From contig CASDTU010000026.1 in assembly GCA_949283775.1 (NCBI GenBank), forward strand, positions 668 through 64,667: 64,000 nucleotides of DNA. Direction: 5' to 3'. Each line of letters begins with the position of its first letter. Positions within the stretch are counted from its first letter, which is position 1. A program made the translations under genes and the position numbers. The notes under the pieces were generated by a model, which saw only the letters and a program-made list of their open reading frames with translations, had not been told where the DNA came from and ran no database searches. The DNA is from an uncultured Bacillota bacterium (GTDB taxonomy: Bacteria; Bacillota; Clostridia; Christensenellales; Borkfalkiaceae). Below, piece after piece: positions 25,688 through 34,659 of the stretch.

Positions 25688-26977
25688 TTATTTTCTAAGA
25701 TCCGTTACCCTCTTAACCTTGCCTTCCGCGCGCTTGATCGAGAACGGTTCCACCAACTTTACTTTGACGTCGATCTGCAACACCACGCGCAGATTGTGTT
25801 TGATCTTCGCGACAAGCTCTTCGAGCTTGGAATAATCGGTCAGAAGATTCGCATCGTCCACTTCCACGCGCACTTCCAGCGTATCCATATAATTGACGCG
25901 GTCGACGATGATCTCGTATGTCTTGCCGAGTTCGTTCATCCCCATCAGGACGCTTTCGATCTGCGAAGGAAATACGTTTACCCCGCGAATGATCAGCATA
26001 TCGTCCGTTCTCCCGACGACCCTGGACATCCTCGCCAAAGTGCGGCCGCATTTGCAGGGCTCATATGTGAGCGAAGTGATGTCCTTCGTGCGATAGCGCA
26101 ATACAGGCATCCCTTCCTTCGTAAGCGTCGTAAGGAGAAGTTCTCCTTGTTCTCCCTCGCCTAACACCTGATTCTTTTCCAGGTTGACGATCTCCGGATA
26201 GAACATGTCCTCGTTGATGTGCATGCCGGCTTTTTCTCTGCACTCGCCCGCAACGCCGGGGCCTCCCACCTCCGTGAGCCCATAATTTTCCGTCGGGAAC
26301 GCGCCGAACATCTTTTGAATGGATTCATGCGTTTCCGCCGTCGACGCCTCCGCGCCCATACAGACGAGCCGAAGTTTCAGATCCTGCAATACGCCCATTT
26401 TCTTCGCCGTTTCGGCAAGATACATCGCATAGCTGGGCGTTGCGATCAGTCCCGTTACGCCGAAATCTTTCATCAGCATGATCTGCCGCTCCGTATTTCC
26501 CGAAGACATCGGAACAACCGTCGCACCCAATTTTTCCACGCCGTAATGCAGTCCGAATCCGCCCGTGAAGAGCCCGTATCCGAACGATACCTGGAAAATA
26601 TCTTCATCCGTCGCCCCAGCCATCGCCAAGACGCGCGCTACGCACGTCGACCAGTTATCCAGGTCCTTTCGCGTATACCCGCCCACGATCGGCTTGCCCG
26701 TCGTACCGCTGGAAGCGTGCAGGCGAATGATCTTTTTCATCGGCACCGCAAACAAACCGAAAGGATAATTATCCCTCAGATCGTCTTTGGTCGTTACGGG
26801 AATCTTTTCGATATCTTTCAGCGTCTTGATATGTTCGGGTTTGAGTCCGATCTCGTCAAAGCGCTTTTTATACATAGGAACGTTTTCATAAGCATACGCC
26901 ACAATATGTTTTAAACGCTCCAACTGCATTTCACGCAATACTTTCCGATCGATCTTTTCTATTTCCGGACTGAACAT
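25688..26977 (-). CDS. paaK: Phenylacetate-CoA ligase family adenylate-forming enzyme (copy 2)
   Basis: 429 aa. Contains HASSGTTGKP, YGLTE and RYRTKD...GRTDDMLIIRGVNVFPSQIE. It is a paralog of the 22014-23330 gene. Confidence 0.88.
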   Translation of the reverse strand: MFSPEIEKIDRKVLREMQLERLKHIVAYAYENVPMYKKRFDEIGLKPEHIKTLKDIEKIPVTTKDDLRDNYPFGLFAVPMKKIIRLHASSGTTGKPIVGGYTRKDLDNWSTCVARVLAMAGATDEDIFQVSFGYGLFTGGFGLHYGVEKLGATVVPMSSGNTERQIMLMKDFGVTGLIATPSYAMYLAETAKKMGVLQDLKLRLVCMGAEASTAETHESIQKMFGAFPTENYGLTEVGGPGVAGECREKAGMHINEDMFYPEIVNLEKNQVLGEGEQGELLLTTLTKEGMPVLRYRTKDITSLTYEPCKCGRTLARMSRVVGRTDDMLIIRGVNVFPSQIESVLMGMNELGKTYEIIVDRVNYMDTLEVRVEVDDANLLTDYSKLEELVAKIKHNLRVVLQIDVKVKLVEPFSIKRAEGKVKRVTDLRK

Positions 26978-27076
26978 CTCTCTATACTCCTCATCCGTTT
27001 TTCTATAAAGTCTATATAGAAATTATTTTATCACAAACACCCCGCGATTGTAAACCGTTTCTCCGATACAATCCGC

Positions 27077-27107
27077 AAAAAAAACGGTGCGGTTTTCCAC
27101 CGCACCG
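27077..27107 (-). terminator. Intrinsic terminator closing the maf/mreB-like/membrane-paralog transcription unit
   Basis: Stem cggtgcgg/ccgcaccg (27085-27107). On the minus strand it is followed by an 8-nt U-run (A-run at 27077-27084). Confidence 0.65.
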
Positions 27108-27123
27108 AAAAACTATATGCTTT

Positions 27124-28641
27124 TTATTCTTTGGACGAATTTTCGTCTTTTGCTCCGGCAAAACGGGGAATATTCGTTTCTTTCCCTGCTCCGTCCGAAC
27201 CGCTTACGGCTGTTGCTTCCGCCGGCGCAGTTGCTTCCGCCGGCGCAACCTTTTTATTTTTGCTGTCGAACAACACCGCCGCCAAAACAAACATCAGGCC
27301 GATCAGCATCAACACGAATATGCTCAAAACTTTTTCGTACGGATACAGCAATTTTAAAAACTCAAATTCCGAGCCGAGATACAGTACCAAATAGAACACG
27401 AGCGCCAAGCCGGCTGCAACAGATATATTTACGACGGACGCCGTCCCGACGCCGGTACCTCTCCATATTCTGCGCAAAGCCGTGAAGAACACCACCGCAA
27501 CCATTGCAAATAAGCCCAGATACAGGGCGGCGGGAACGGCAAAATTCAATATCGTCAGCGTCATGCCTTCCCCTTCTTCCAGCGCAAAACCGTCAAAGCA
27601 ATGCAAGCCGAATACCGAACCGATCTTGTCGACCAATCCGCCGAACTCCACCAACTTTCCGTAGCAAATGCAGCAGCAGACAAAGGATAAAATTGCGACC
27701 ACGCTGTCCGAAGTCAGCGCCAAAACATCCTTCGCTCCGCTTACCTTTCTGCCGGTAAGCACGGAGCCGATCAGGTACAGTCCGCCCAACACGGCAGTGA
27801 TCACAAAACAGAAAATTCCGACGCAGTTGATCCCCGTCGCCGTAAGCTGGCAGAGAGCAAACATCGCAAAAAATCCGATCAGATACATCAGGAAAAATTT
27901 CCCCGCTTTGATCTCTTTCCCGAAAATGAAACCGATCGAAAAATAAATCAAAAAAATCAAAGATACGACCTGCAAATAGAGATATGCCGCCGTTTCGCCT
28001 GTCAGCAGAATCGAACGAAACATCGTATCGTCGGCATACTTGACCATGGCTTCCGTAGTCGTTTCGCTTTGGGCGTATTGAATTTCCGCCTCTAACCGAT
28101 CGATCTTAATTATGTTGATATTGTCAAAACTTGCCACAATCTCATCTGCGATCTTTTCATACAGATCCAACAGCTCTTCCGCAGCTTTGGAACTGCCCGC
28201 CTCGACCTGGGTGGTAAGATCCGCAATTTCCATGCTGTATTTTTGAACCAATTCGCCCATCGTCGATTCCATCTTATCAACCAGCTTGCTGTATTCTTCC
28301 TGCGCCGCTTCCAAATCGTCCGTAGAAATAATAAGCGCCATGATCGCGTTGAAATAATTCTGTTCAAAAGGCTTTGCCAAAATTATTTCCGTAAAATCAT
28401 AGGAACTTCCTTCCATATCCACTTTCGTCTGAACCTGTTCCATCGGCATAAAAGTCATGCGCATAAAAAATCCGCTGACAAACACGATAAAACACAGCGC
28501 ACAGACGATCGCACGCAAGACGTATTTATTCAGTACGTTTTTAAAGTTTTCAAACGTACCGACTTTCTCCTTTTTGCCTTGCGGCAAATCCTTTGCCTTC
28601 TCACTACATCCTGCCGTAGCATTCACTGCCGCTTCTGCCAT
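27124..28641 (-). CDS. Polytopic membrane protein of unknown family, paralog A (about 8 TM, large helical loop after TM1)
   Basis: Start trimmed to the ATG at 28639-28641 after GGGAGGGAG. It shares long strings with the upstream gene: LRAIVCALCFIVFVSGFFM, KAGKFFLMYLIGFFAMFALCQLTATGIN and VEFGGLVDKIGSVFGLHCF. The C-terminal tail holds a perfect APAEAT x2 repeat. Confidence 0.8.
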   Translation of the reverse strand: MAEAAVNATAGCSEKAKDLPQGKKEKVGTFENFKNVLNKYVLRAIVCALCFIVFVSGFFMRMTFMPMEQVQTKVDMEGSSYDFTEIILAKPFEQNYFNAIMALIISTDDLEAAQEEYSKLVDKMESTMGELVQKYSMEIADLTTQVEAGSSKAAEELLDLYEKIADEIVASFDNINIIKIDRLEAEIQYAQSETTTEAMVKYADDTMFRSILLTGETAAYLYLQVVSLIFLIYFSIGFIFGKEIKAGKFFLMYLIGFFAMFALCQLTATGINCVGIFCFVITAVLGGLYLIGSVLTGRKVSGAKDVLALTSDSVVAILSFVCCCICYGKLVEFGGLVDKIGSVFGLHCFDGFALEEGEGMTLTILNFAVPAALYLGLFAMVAVVFFTALRRIWRGTGVGTASVVNISVAAGLALVFYLVLYLGSEFEFLKLLYPYEKVLSIFVLMLIGLMFVLAAVLFDSKNKKVAPAEATAPAEATAVSGSDGAGKETNIPRFAGAKDENSSKE

Positions 28642-28797
28642 AACTCCCTCCCTAAAAAATGTATTCTGAAACGGTTTAAACCGTATCCATTCCCTTTTGG
28701 TCCATCGAACGCCATTCAATGCCTCTTGAAATATTTTCTTATTCGTTCATCAAGTCTTTTTATTTCTTTGTCTTACAGCCGCAATGCCGTAAAACGA

Positions 28798-30288
28798 TCA
28801 GAGCTCCTCGCCTATCTGATCGGATTCGGTCTGTAAACATTTCTCCGACTCGGTTTCCCTCTTTACGGACGCATTTTTCTGCGCCTTTGCGCTGATAAAC
28901 GACGCTATCACAAAAATGAAAGCCATAAAGTTCATCACGATCAAAGCGACAGAGCCGCCGAGCGGATACAAAACTTCTAAAAATCCTACTTGCGAACCGA
29001 TAAACAGAATTAAATAAAAAACCGCAGAAAATGCCGCAGAAAGACTCGTAAAGACGATCGCGTGCACAGCCACCCCTTTCCCGGTTTGCATACGGCGAAG
29101 CGCCATGAAAAAAACGAACGCCGAAAAGGTGAGCGCCGCCAAATACAAAATACCCGGCATGAGCAGATTCATCAGCGTCATTTTCAAACCTTCGCCCTCT
29201 TCAAAAGCGTATTCTTCAAAACAGTGCAATCCGAACACGCCGCCGATCTTGTCGACTTTGCCGCCGAATTCCACCAGGCTTCCGTAGCACAGACAGCACG
29301 CCACAAAAACAAAGACCGCACTTAAACTTTCCGCCACGAGCGCAAAAACACCGCTTGCCTGCACCTTGCGGTTTGCCAGCATATCGCCGATCAGATACAG
29401 TCCGCCCAATACGACGGTGATCACAAAACAGAACATTCCGACGCCGTTGATCCACGTCGCCGTGAGCTGGCAAAAAGCAAACATCGCAAAGAATCCGATC
29501 AGATACATCAGGAAAAATTTCCCAGCCTTCACGCGCTTTTTGCCGATAAAGCCCAATCCGAAAAGGATCAAAAACACCATCGACGTCACTTGCAGATACA
29601 GATACGCCGCCGTTTCCCCGATCAGAAGTATGTTTCGGATCAACATGTCGTTCGCAACTTTTTCAATCTGATAGTCCGGCCCTTCGGCAATCGAATACGA
29701 ATACTCGGCGATCATGCGATCATATTTGATCACGTTGATTTCCGACAGCCGAACGCAGTATTCATCGAGAACTTTTTTCAGAAAATCGATGAGTTTATTT
29801 TCAGCGCCGGCCTCTCCAGCCTCTATCGCCGCTCGAAGCTCCATGAGTTCGTCACGATAGTCTTCAAAAATATTAGTGTTTATGGATGTTATCTTTTCCT
29901 CAAATTCCTGACATCCTTCCAAATTTTTTTCCGGATCCGTACCGACCGTCGCGGCAAAAATCGCATTGAAATAGTTCTGCTCAACTTTCAATACATCTCC
30001 CTCCAAGAGATCGTTCAATCCTTGGATACCAACAATATTCAACTCTATGTCGGAATTGATATCGTCCAACGACGTATATTGCATTTGCATAAAAAATCCA
30101 CTGACAAACACGATAAAGCACAGCGCACACACAATAGAGCGCAGCACAAACGCATTCATCACCGTGCGAAAACGCTCAAATCCTTTTCCCTTTGCGTTGC
30201 CGTTTTCCGCACCGTCGCACTCTCGATACGTACCCGCATCCGTTTTGTCCGCCGAAACGCTCATCGTTTCTCCTTCCACTTTTTCCAT
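28798..30288 (-). CDS. Polytopic membrane protein of unknown family, paralog B
   Basis: 496-aa ORF. An alternative start, the ATG at 30262-30264, follows a stronger AAGGAG site. It has the same architecture and shared strings as paralog A: LRSIVCALCFIVFVSGFFM, KAGKFFLMYLIGFFAMFAFCQLTATWIN and VEFGGKVDKIGGVFGLHCF. Confidence 0.8.
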   Translation of the reverse strand: MEKVEGETMSVSADKTDAGTYRECDGAENGNAKGKGFERFRTVMNAFVLRSIVCALCFIVFVSGFFMQMQYTSLDDINSDIELNIVGIQGLNDLLEGDVLKVEQNYFNAIFAATVGTDPEKNLEGCQEFEEKITSINTNIFEDYRDELMELRAAIEAGEAGAENKLIDFLKKVLDEYCVRLSEINVIKYDRMIAEYSYSIAEGPDYQIEKVANDMLIRNILLIGETAAYLYLQVTSMVFLILFGLGFIGKKRVKAGKFFLMYLIGFFAMFAFCQLTATWINGVGMFCFVITVVLGGLYLIGDMLANRKVQASGVFALVAESLSAVFVFVACCLCYGSLVEFGGKVDKIGGVFGLHCFEEYAFEEGEGLKMTLMNLLMPGILYLAALTFSAFVFFMALRRMQTGKGVAVHAIVFTSLSAAFSAVFYLILFIGSQVGFLEVLYPLGGSVALIVMNFMAFIFVIASFISAKAQKNASVKRETESEKCLQTESDQIGEEL

Positions 30289-30416
30289 ATCCTACCTCTG
30301 ATTTTATTTGAAGCGGATCGCTCCGCATTCATTCCCTCTTAATTCTCTCTTAAAAAACTCTGCTTCCTTTGGCTTTTGCCGACTTAACTTGTCTCTGTTT
30401 TTATTGAATCCGACGT

Positions 30417-31415
30417 TTAGTAATCGATCCGCACCGTCTCCAAAAGATCGGTATTTCCGATCGCGCTACCGCCGCCGAACACGACCGCCATCTGCGGCTC
30501 TTCGGCCACGCTGACATCCATTTGCAATTTCCGCGACATATAATCGTCCAAACCCAAAAGTTTAGCCGTGCCGCCCGACAGAAAAATCCCGCTGTGCCAG
30601 ATCGAAGCCGAAACCTCCGCCGGAAGTTTCGCAAGCAGCATTTCCGTATATTCTATGACTTTATCCGCAAACACTTTCACACATTCGTAAATATCTTTGG
30701 AAGAAACGGAAACCGACCGAGGCCTGCCCGTGGTGATATCCCTTCCGTTTACGATCATGCTCTCATCGTCGCCCGCATAGAGACTTCCGACCGTCATCTT
30801 TAATTTTTCGCTCGTTTGCAAACCGATCTTTAAATTAAACGATTCGGCCACTCGGTCGATGATATGGCTGTCAATATTTCCGCCGCCGATATTCAGTCCG
30901 ATCCCCGCAATGATCCCGTCCAGCGAAAATGCCGCAATGTTCGTGCTCCCGCCGCCGATATCCACGATAAAAAGCGGATTCGTTTCGTTCAGCGCCAAGT
31001 TCTGACCGAAAGCGGACAAAAACGGAACTTCAATAAAATTTGTAACCGCTATGCCGCACGCCTCCGACAGGCGGTAATATTTGTCCAGAAGATCGTTTTC
31101 GGCGCCGCACGGCACGCTGAAAACTACTTCCGTCTTTTTTGCACGCGCGCGGCTTATGCCGATTTTCTGCAAAAAATAGGACAGCATCGTCGCCGCCATC
31201 GGCTCATTGACGATGTCCGCTTCAAAAACGGGAAACACGATCGTCGTATATTCCGCCGTTTTGCCGATCAGCCGCTTTGCCTCCTCTCCGATCGCCTTCA
31301 CCGTCGAAGAACCGGTGGCCACCGCAACGCAGCTCGCCTCCGCCAAAACGATCCCGCTCCCGATTTTAAATATTTTCGTTACCGAAGATCCCAAATCTAT
31401 CGCTAATTTAATCAT
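30417..31415 (-). CDS. Divergent MreB/Mbl-family actin-like ATPase
   Basis: 332 aa and colinear with MreB. AIDLGSSVTKIF is phosphate 1, FIVDIGGGSTNIA is phosphate 2, and FLSGGTAKLLGL is the adenosine motif. Many positions that are otherwise invariant in MreB are substituted. The start ATG overlaps the maf stop (ATGA at 31412-31415). Confidence 0.8.
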   Translation of the reverse strand: MIKLAIDLGSSVTKIFKIGSGIVLAEASCVAVATGSSTVKAIGEEAKRLIGKTAEYTTIVFPVFEADIVNEPMAATMLSYFLQKIGISRARAKKTEVVFSVPCGAENDLLDKYYRLSEACGIAVTNFIEVPFLSAFGQNLALNETNPLFIVDIGGGSTNIAAFSLDGIIAGIGLNIGGGNIDSHIIDRVAESFNLKIGLQTSEKLKMTVGSLYAGDDESMIVNGRDITTGRPRSVSVSSKDIYECVKVFADKVIEYTEMLLAKLPAEVSASIWHSGIFLSGGTAKLLGLDDYMSRKLQMDVSVAEEPQMAVVFGGGSAIGNTDLLETVRIDY

Positions 31416-31972
31416 TTTATCACACCGATCTTTTCTAATTCGTCTTTGATTTTTTCTTGCGGCAGTCCTACAATGTTTGTGTAGCTGCCTTCGTACCGCT
31501 CCACCAGCCGGGCATCGTCCTGTATGCCGTAGCTCCCCGCCTTGTCCAAAGGTTTTCCGCTTCGGACGTATTCATCTATAAACTCTACCGAAAGACTGCG
31601 GAAAAATACCTTCGTACAGCAAACGCCTTCTGTCCTACCTTCCCGTCGACATATACAATATCCCGTATAGACCCTATGTTCTTTTCCGGACAGCTTTAAA
31701 AGCGTATCCTTCGCGTCCTGCGCATTGGAAGGTTTGCCTAAATATTCCCCTTCGAACCAGACGATCGTATCCGCACCGAGAACAACGGCATCCGGATTTT
31801 TTTCAAAAACATTCTCCGCCTTTGCCCGCGCCAATGCAGCCACATACTCTTCCGGCGGCAAACGCCTGTCCGGCTTTTCCTCTTCGCTCGAAGGAATTAC
31901 CTCAAAGACCGGCAGCAGCTTTGACAAAATCTCTCTGCGGCGCGGCGAAGCGCTCGCCAATAAAAAACGCAT
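31412..31972 (-). CDS. maf: Maf-like nucleoside triphosphate pyrophosphatase / septum formation protein
   Basis: Start trimmed to the ATG at 31970-31972. MRFLLASASPRRREIL...GADTIV...GKP...AGSYGIQ are Maf signatures. Confidence 0.9.
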   Translation of the reverse strand: MRFLLASASPRRREILSKLLPVFEVIPSSEEEKPDRRLPPEEYVAALARAKAENVFEKNPDAVVLGADTIVWFEGEYLGKPSNAQDAKDTLLKLSGKEHRVYTGYCICRREGRTEGVCCTKVFFRSLSVEFIDEYVRSGKPLDKAGSYGIQDDARLVERYEGSYTNIVGLPQEKIKDELEKIGVIK

Positions 31973-32024
31973 ATCCTCTCCATAAAAAGATAGCCGCAAT
32001 TTTTCTTTGCGGCTACTTCTGTCA

Positions 32025-33539
32025 TTATAAGATTTCCAGATTCTTCCGGAAAGACTTACGGAATTCCGCGTTCGCCGTCATCGCATCTCGAATTTCCAAA
32101 GACGCATCTCCGTCCACTTCCGTCTTCATAATGACGGAATCGCCGAGCACGTCGCAATTGATTCCCTTGATCACACCGGAACTGCTTCGGTCCAAACTTT
32201 CCGCTATCCGCAGCATTACGCCCAATTTGCGCACCGCTTCCAGATCCTCTTCCAAAACGATATCTTTGTATTTCATCCAATCTGCCGCAGAAATATCCTC
32301 TTTCTTATGGCAGCCTGCCACAAACGCGGCCAACACAATCTCCCGATGCGTGATCCCGTACAGCGTGGCGTTTAAAATCATATAACAACTGTGCTTTTGA
32401 TGATTGTAAAATTTAATGCGGTTTCCGCAATCGTGCAGCGTCGCCGCCACTTTCAGGATCTTTAAATATTGCCGAGGGAATTTATGCAATACGCGCAGCT
32501 GTTTGAAAAGCTGTACCGATAAGTTTACTACCTGCTCCACGTGCTTCTCATCACATTCATAATACTGCACAAGGCTCATCAGACTGTATCCCAAAATATC
32601 CGAAATCGGCTTTTCCATCGTTATGGGCATCGCCTGATTGAACATGATCCCTTCCCGCAATCCCGATCCGCCGATCGTAAAACGGTCAAAATGCATAAAA
32701 GACGTAAACGATTTCACGACCGCAAGCGCTGCGGGCAAGATGTCCGCACGCCCCGACGAAAGTCCTTTGATCTTCTTTTTCTTGTCGAGGTCGAGCACTT
32801 TGATCATGTCATAGATCGATTCAAAATCTTCCACCGGCAAATTGTAGTTGTGCACCGTGTCCAACGGATATTTGCGCACCATTTTGCTGATCTTGAAAAT
32901 ATTTCGGAACGATCCGCCCACGCCGATCATCTGCGTGTCCGGATCGACCTGCGACAACCATTCGATTCCCGTAAGCTGCTCTGTGAAAAACTCTTCGACT
33001 TTTGCCGTCTGCTCTTCCGGCGACAAACCGTCGTTTTTGAACAGATCGGTCAGCGTCACCGCGCCGAACGGCAGCGTCACATAATTGAGCATGTTCCGCC
33101 GGTTGTAATAGACGATCTTCGTGCTGCCGCCGCCGATCTCCAAGATCAGCCCCTTCGGAATATCCATCGAATTGATCACGCCGCGATACACGAGCGTAGC
33201 CTCTTCCTCTTCGCTCAGAACTTTCACCTTTATTCCGCACGTTGCCTGTATTTCATCCAAAAAGCTGCGCTGATTTTTTGCACGGCGAACTGCCGCTGTC
33301 GCAACGGCTATGATCCTGTCCACTTTGCTTGCATCGGCAAGTTTTTTAAACATTTTTAACGTCTTGATCGTCTCCGCGACCCGCTGCGGTTTCAAAAAAC
33401 CGTCTCTCTCCATGTCCTGCCCGAGCCGCACACTCTCTTTCAGCTCATCCACAACCATAAAATGCCCGTCTCCGAATAATTCGACAATCACAAGCCGCGC
33501 CGAATTCGAGCCAAGATCAATAATCCCTAACTTTTCCAC
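32025..33539 (-). CDS. ppx: Ppx/GppA-family exopolyphosphatase with C-terminal HD domain
   Basis: GTG start at 33537-33539 after AGAGGTG. GIIDLGSNSARLVI and ILEIGGGSTKIV are ASKHA phosphate motifs. The C-terminal half has LHDCG (HD). Confidence 0.88.
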   Translation of the reverse strand: MEKLGIIDLGSNSARLVIVELFGDGHFMVVDELKESVRLGQDMERDGFLKPQRVAETIKTLKMFKKLADASKVDRIIAVATAAVRRAKNQRSFLDEIQATCGIKVKVLSEEEEATLVYRGVINSMDIPKGLILEIGGGSTKIVYYNRRNMLNYVTLPFGAVTLTDLFKNDGLSPEEQTAKVEEFFTEQLTGIEWLSQVDPDTQMIGVGGSFRNIFKISKMVRKYPLDTVHNYNLPVEDFESIYDMIKVLDLDKKKKIKGLSSGRADILPAALAVVKSFTSFMHFDRFTIGGSGLREGIMFNQAMPITMEKPISDILGYSLMSLVQYYECDEKHVEQVVNLSVQLFKQLRVLHKFPRQYLKILKVAATLHDCGNRIKFYNHQKHSCYMILNATLYGITHREIVLAAFVAGCHKKEDISAADWMKYKDIVLEEDLEAVRKLGVMLRIAESLDRSSSGVIKGINCDVLGDSVIMKTEVDGDASLEIRDAMTANAEFRKSFRKNLEIL

Positions 33540-33875
33540 AATACACCTCTGCTGTCAAGATAATAAAACCGATTTTTATTCGTTTTTTCCGTTCTTTTTA
33601 TTTTACACTATTATAAAATCAAAATTAAACCGAACTTATTATACCATTGAGTTTGCGTTTTGTACATAGCTTTTTTGAAAAATTGTGCATATTTTTTGCA
33701 AAATTTCTCAATTTTCATCAAATTGATCATAAAAAACACTATTTATGTAAATTATTAACTTTTTTTACAATTTTATACGCAAAAATGAACGTTTAGAACA
33801 AAAAAAGGGAGTGTACAAACTGCACAAACCCCCTTTTTTACGTTTTTTAATTTCCCCCCGTTGCGTTTCAGAAGA

Positions 33876-34538
33876 TCAGCTTTCTGTTAAAAGCAAGCGC
33901 ATCAAATCGCGGTAATCGTCGGCAATTTCATCTGCTTTTGCCTGCTCCAGCTCGCCTTGTTCCGAAAAGCCGATGCGGATCCCGATACATTTTATTCCGC
34001 ACGCGTGCGCTCCGTATACGTCGTAATTTCGATCCCCGATCAGCACGGCGCGCGACAAATCGCCTTTCAACCCGAGCTGCGAAAGAGCATATGCCAAAAC
34101 GTCCGCTTTTTCTACGCGCGAATCGTCCAAAAGCGCTCCTGCCACCACGGCGAAATAGTCCCGCATCTGAAACCGCTTTAAAATCGCTTCCGCATGCACC
34201 TCCGGTTTCGACGTCGCGATCGAAAGGCGCACGCCCTCTGCCTTTAACTTTGTCAGGCATTCTTTTGCGCCCGCATACGGACAGCACTCGAATACCCCTT
34301 TTTCCGCATAATATTTCCGGAAAAACGCCTTTGCCTTTTCCGCATTTTCCGCATCCATACCGTAAAAATTGCGGAATGCCGCCGTTACCGGCGGACCTAT
34401 GAATCGCTGCAGCTGCGCCCTCTCTTTTACTTCGATCCCCATTTGCGTCAGCGCATACTGTGCCGCATTCATGATCCCTTCCCCCGTATTGAACAGGGTC
34501 CCGTCAAAATCAAACAAGATATCCGTATATTTTACCAT
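33876..34538 (-). CDS. HAD-superfamily hydrolase (phosphoglycolate phosphatase-like)
   Basis: Start trimmed to the ATG at 34536-34538. ILFDFDGTLFNT is motif I (DxDGT), SIATSK is motif II, and LIGDRNYDVYGA is motif IV. Confidence 0.85.
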   Translation of the reverse strand: MVKYTDILFDFDGTLFNTGEGIMNAAQYALTQMGIEVKERAQLQRFIGPPVTAAFRNFYGMDAENAEKAKAFFRKYYAEKGVFECCPYAGAKECLTKLKAEGVRLSIATSKPEVHAEAILKRFQMRDYFAVVAGALLDDSRVEKADVLAYALSQLGLKGDLSRAVLIGDRNYDVYGAHACGIKCIGIRIGFSEQGELEQAKADEIADDYRDLMRLLLTES

Positions 34539-34659
34539 AAGTGAAATTTCATTCTCCGCAATCGGCTTGCATGAGCGCATCCTTCCGCTTTGCGCTCACG
34601 TTTTCTCTTCTTTCGGCCTTTTTTCCAAGCACAAGCCCTTTCGGTCTGCGCTGCCACAC

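Noticed and set aside
33531-33875. Replication origin (a TTTTCCACA DnaA-box-like 9-mer next to an A/T-rich spacer)
   Set aside because: There is a single box, and it lies inside the ppx start region. No cluster of boxes and no dnaA/dnaN are nearby. Most flanking genes, apart from the plus-strand block at about 41.4-51.3 kb, stay on the minus strand, with no origin-like divergence in orientation at this site.
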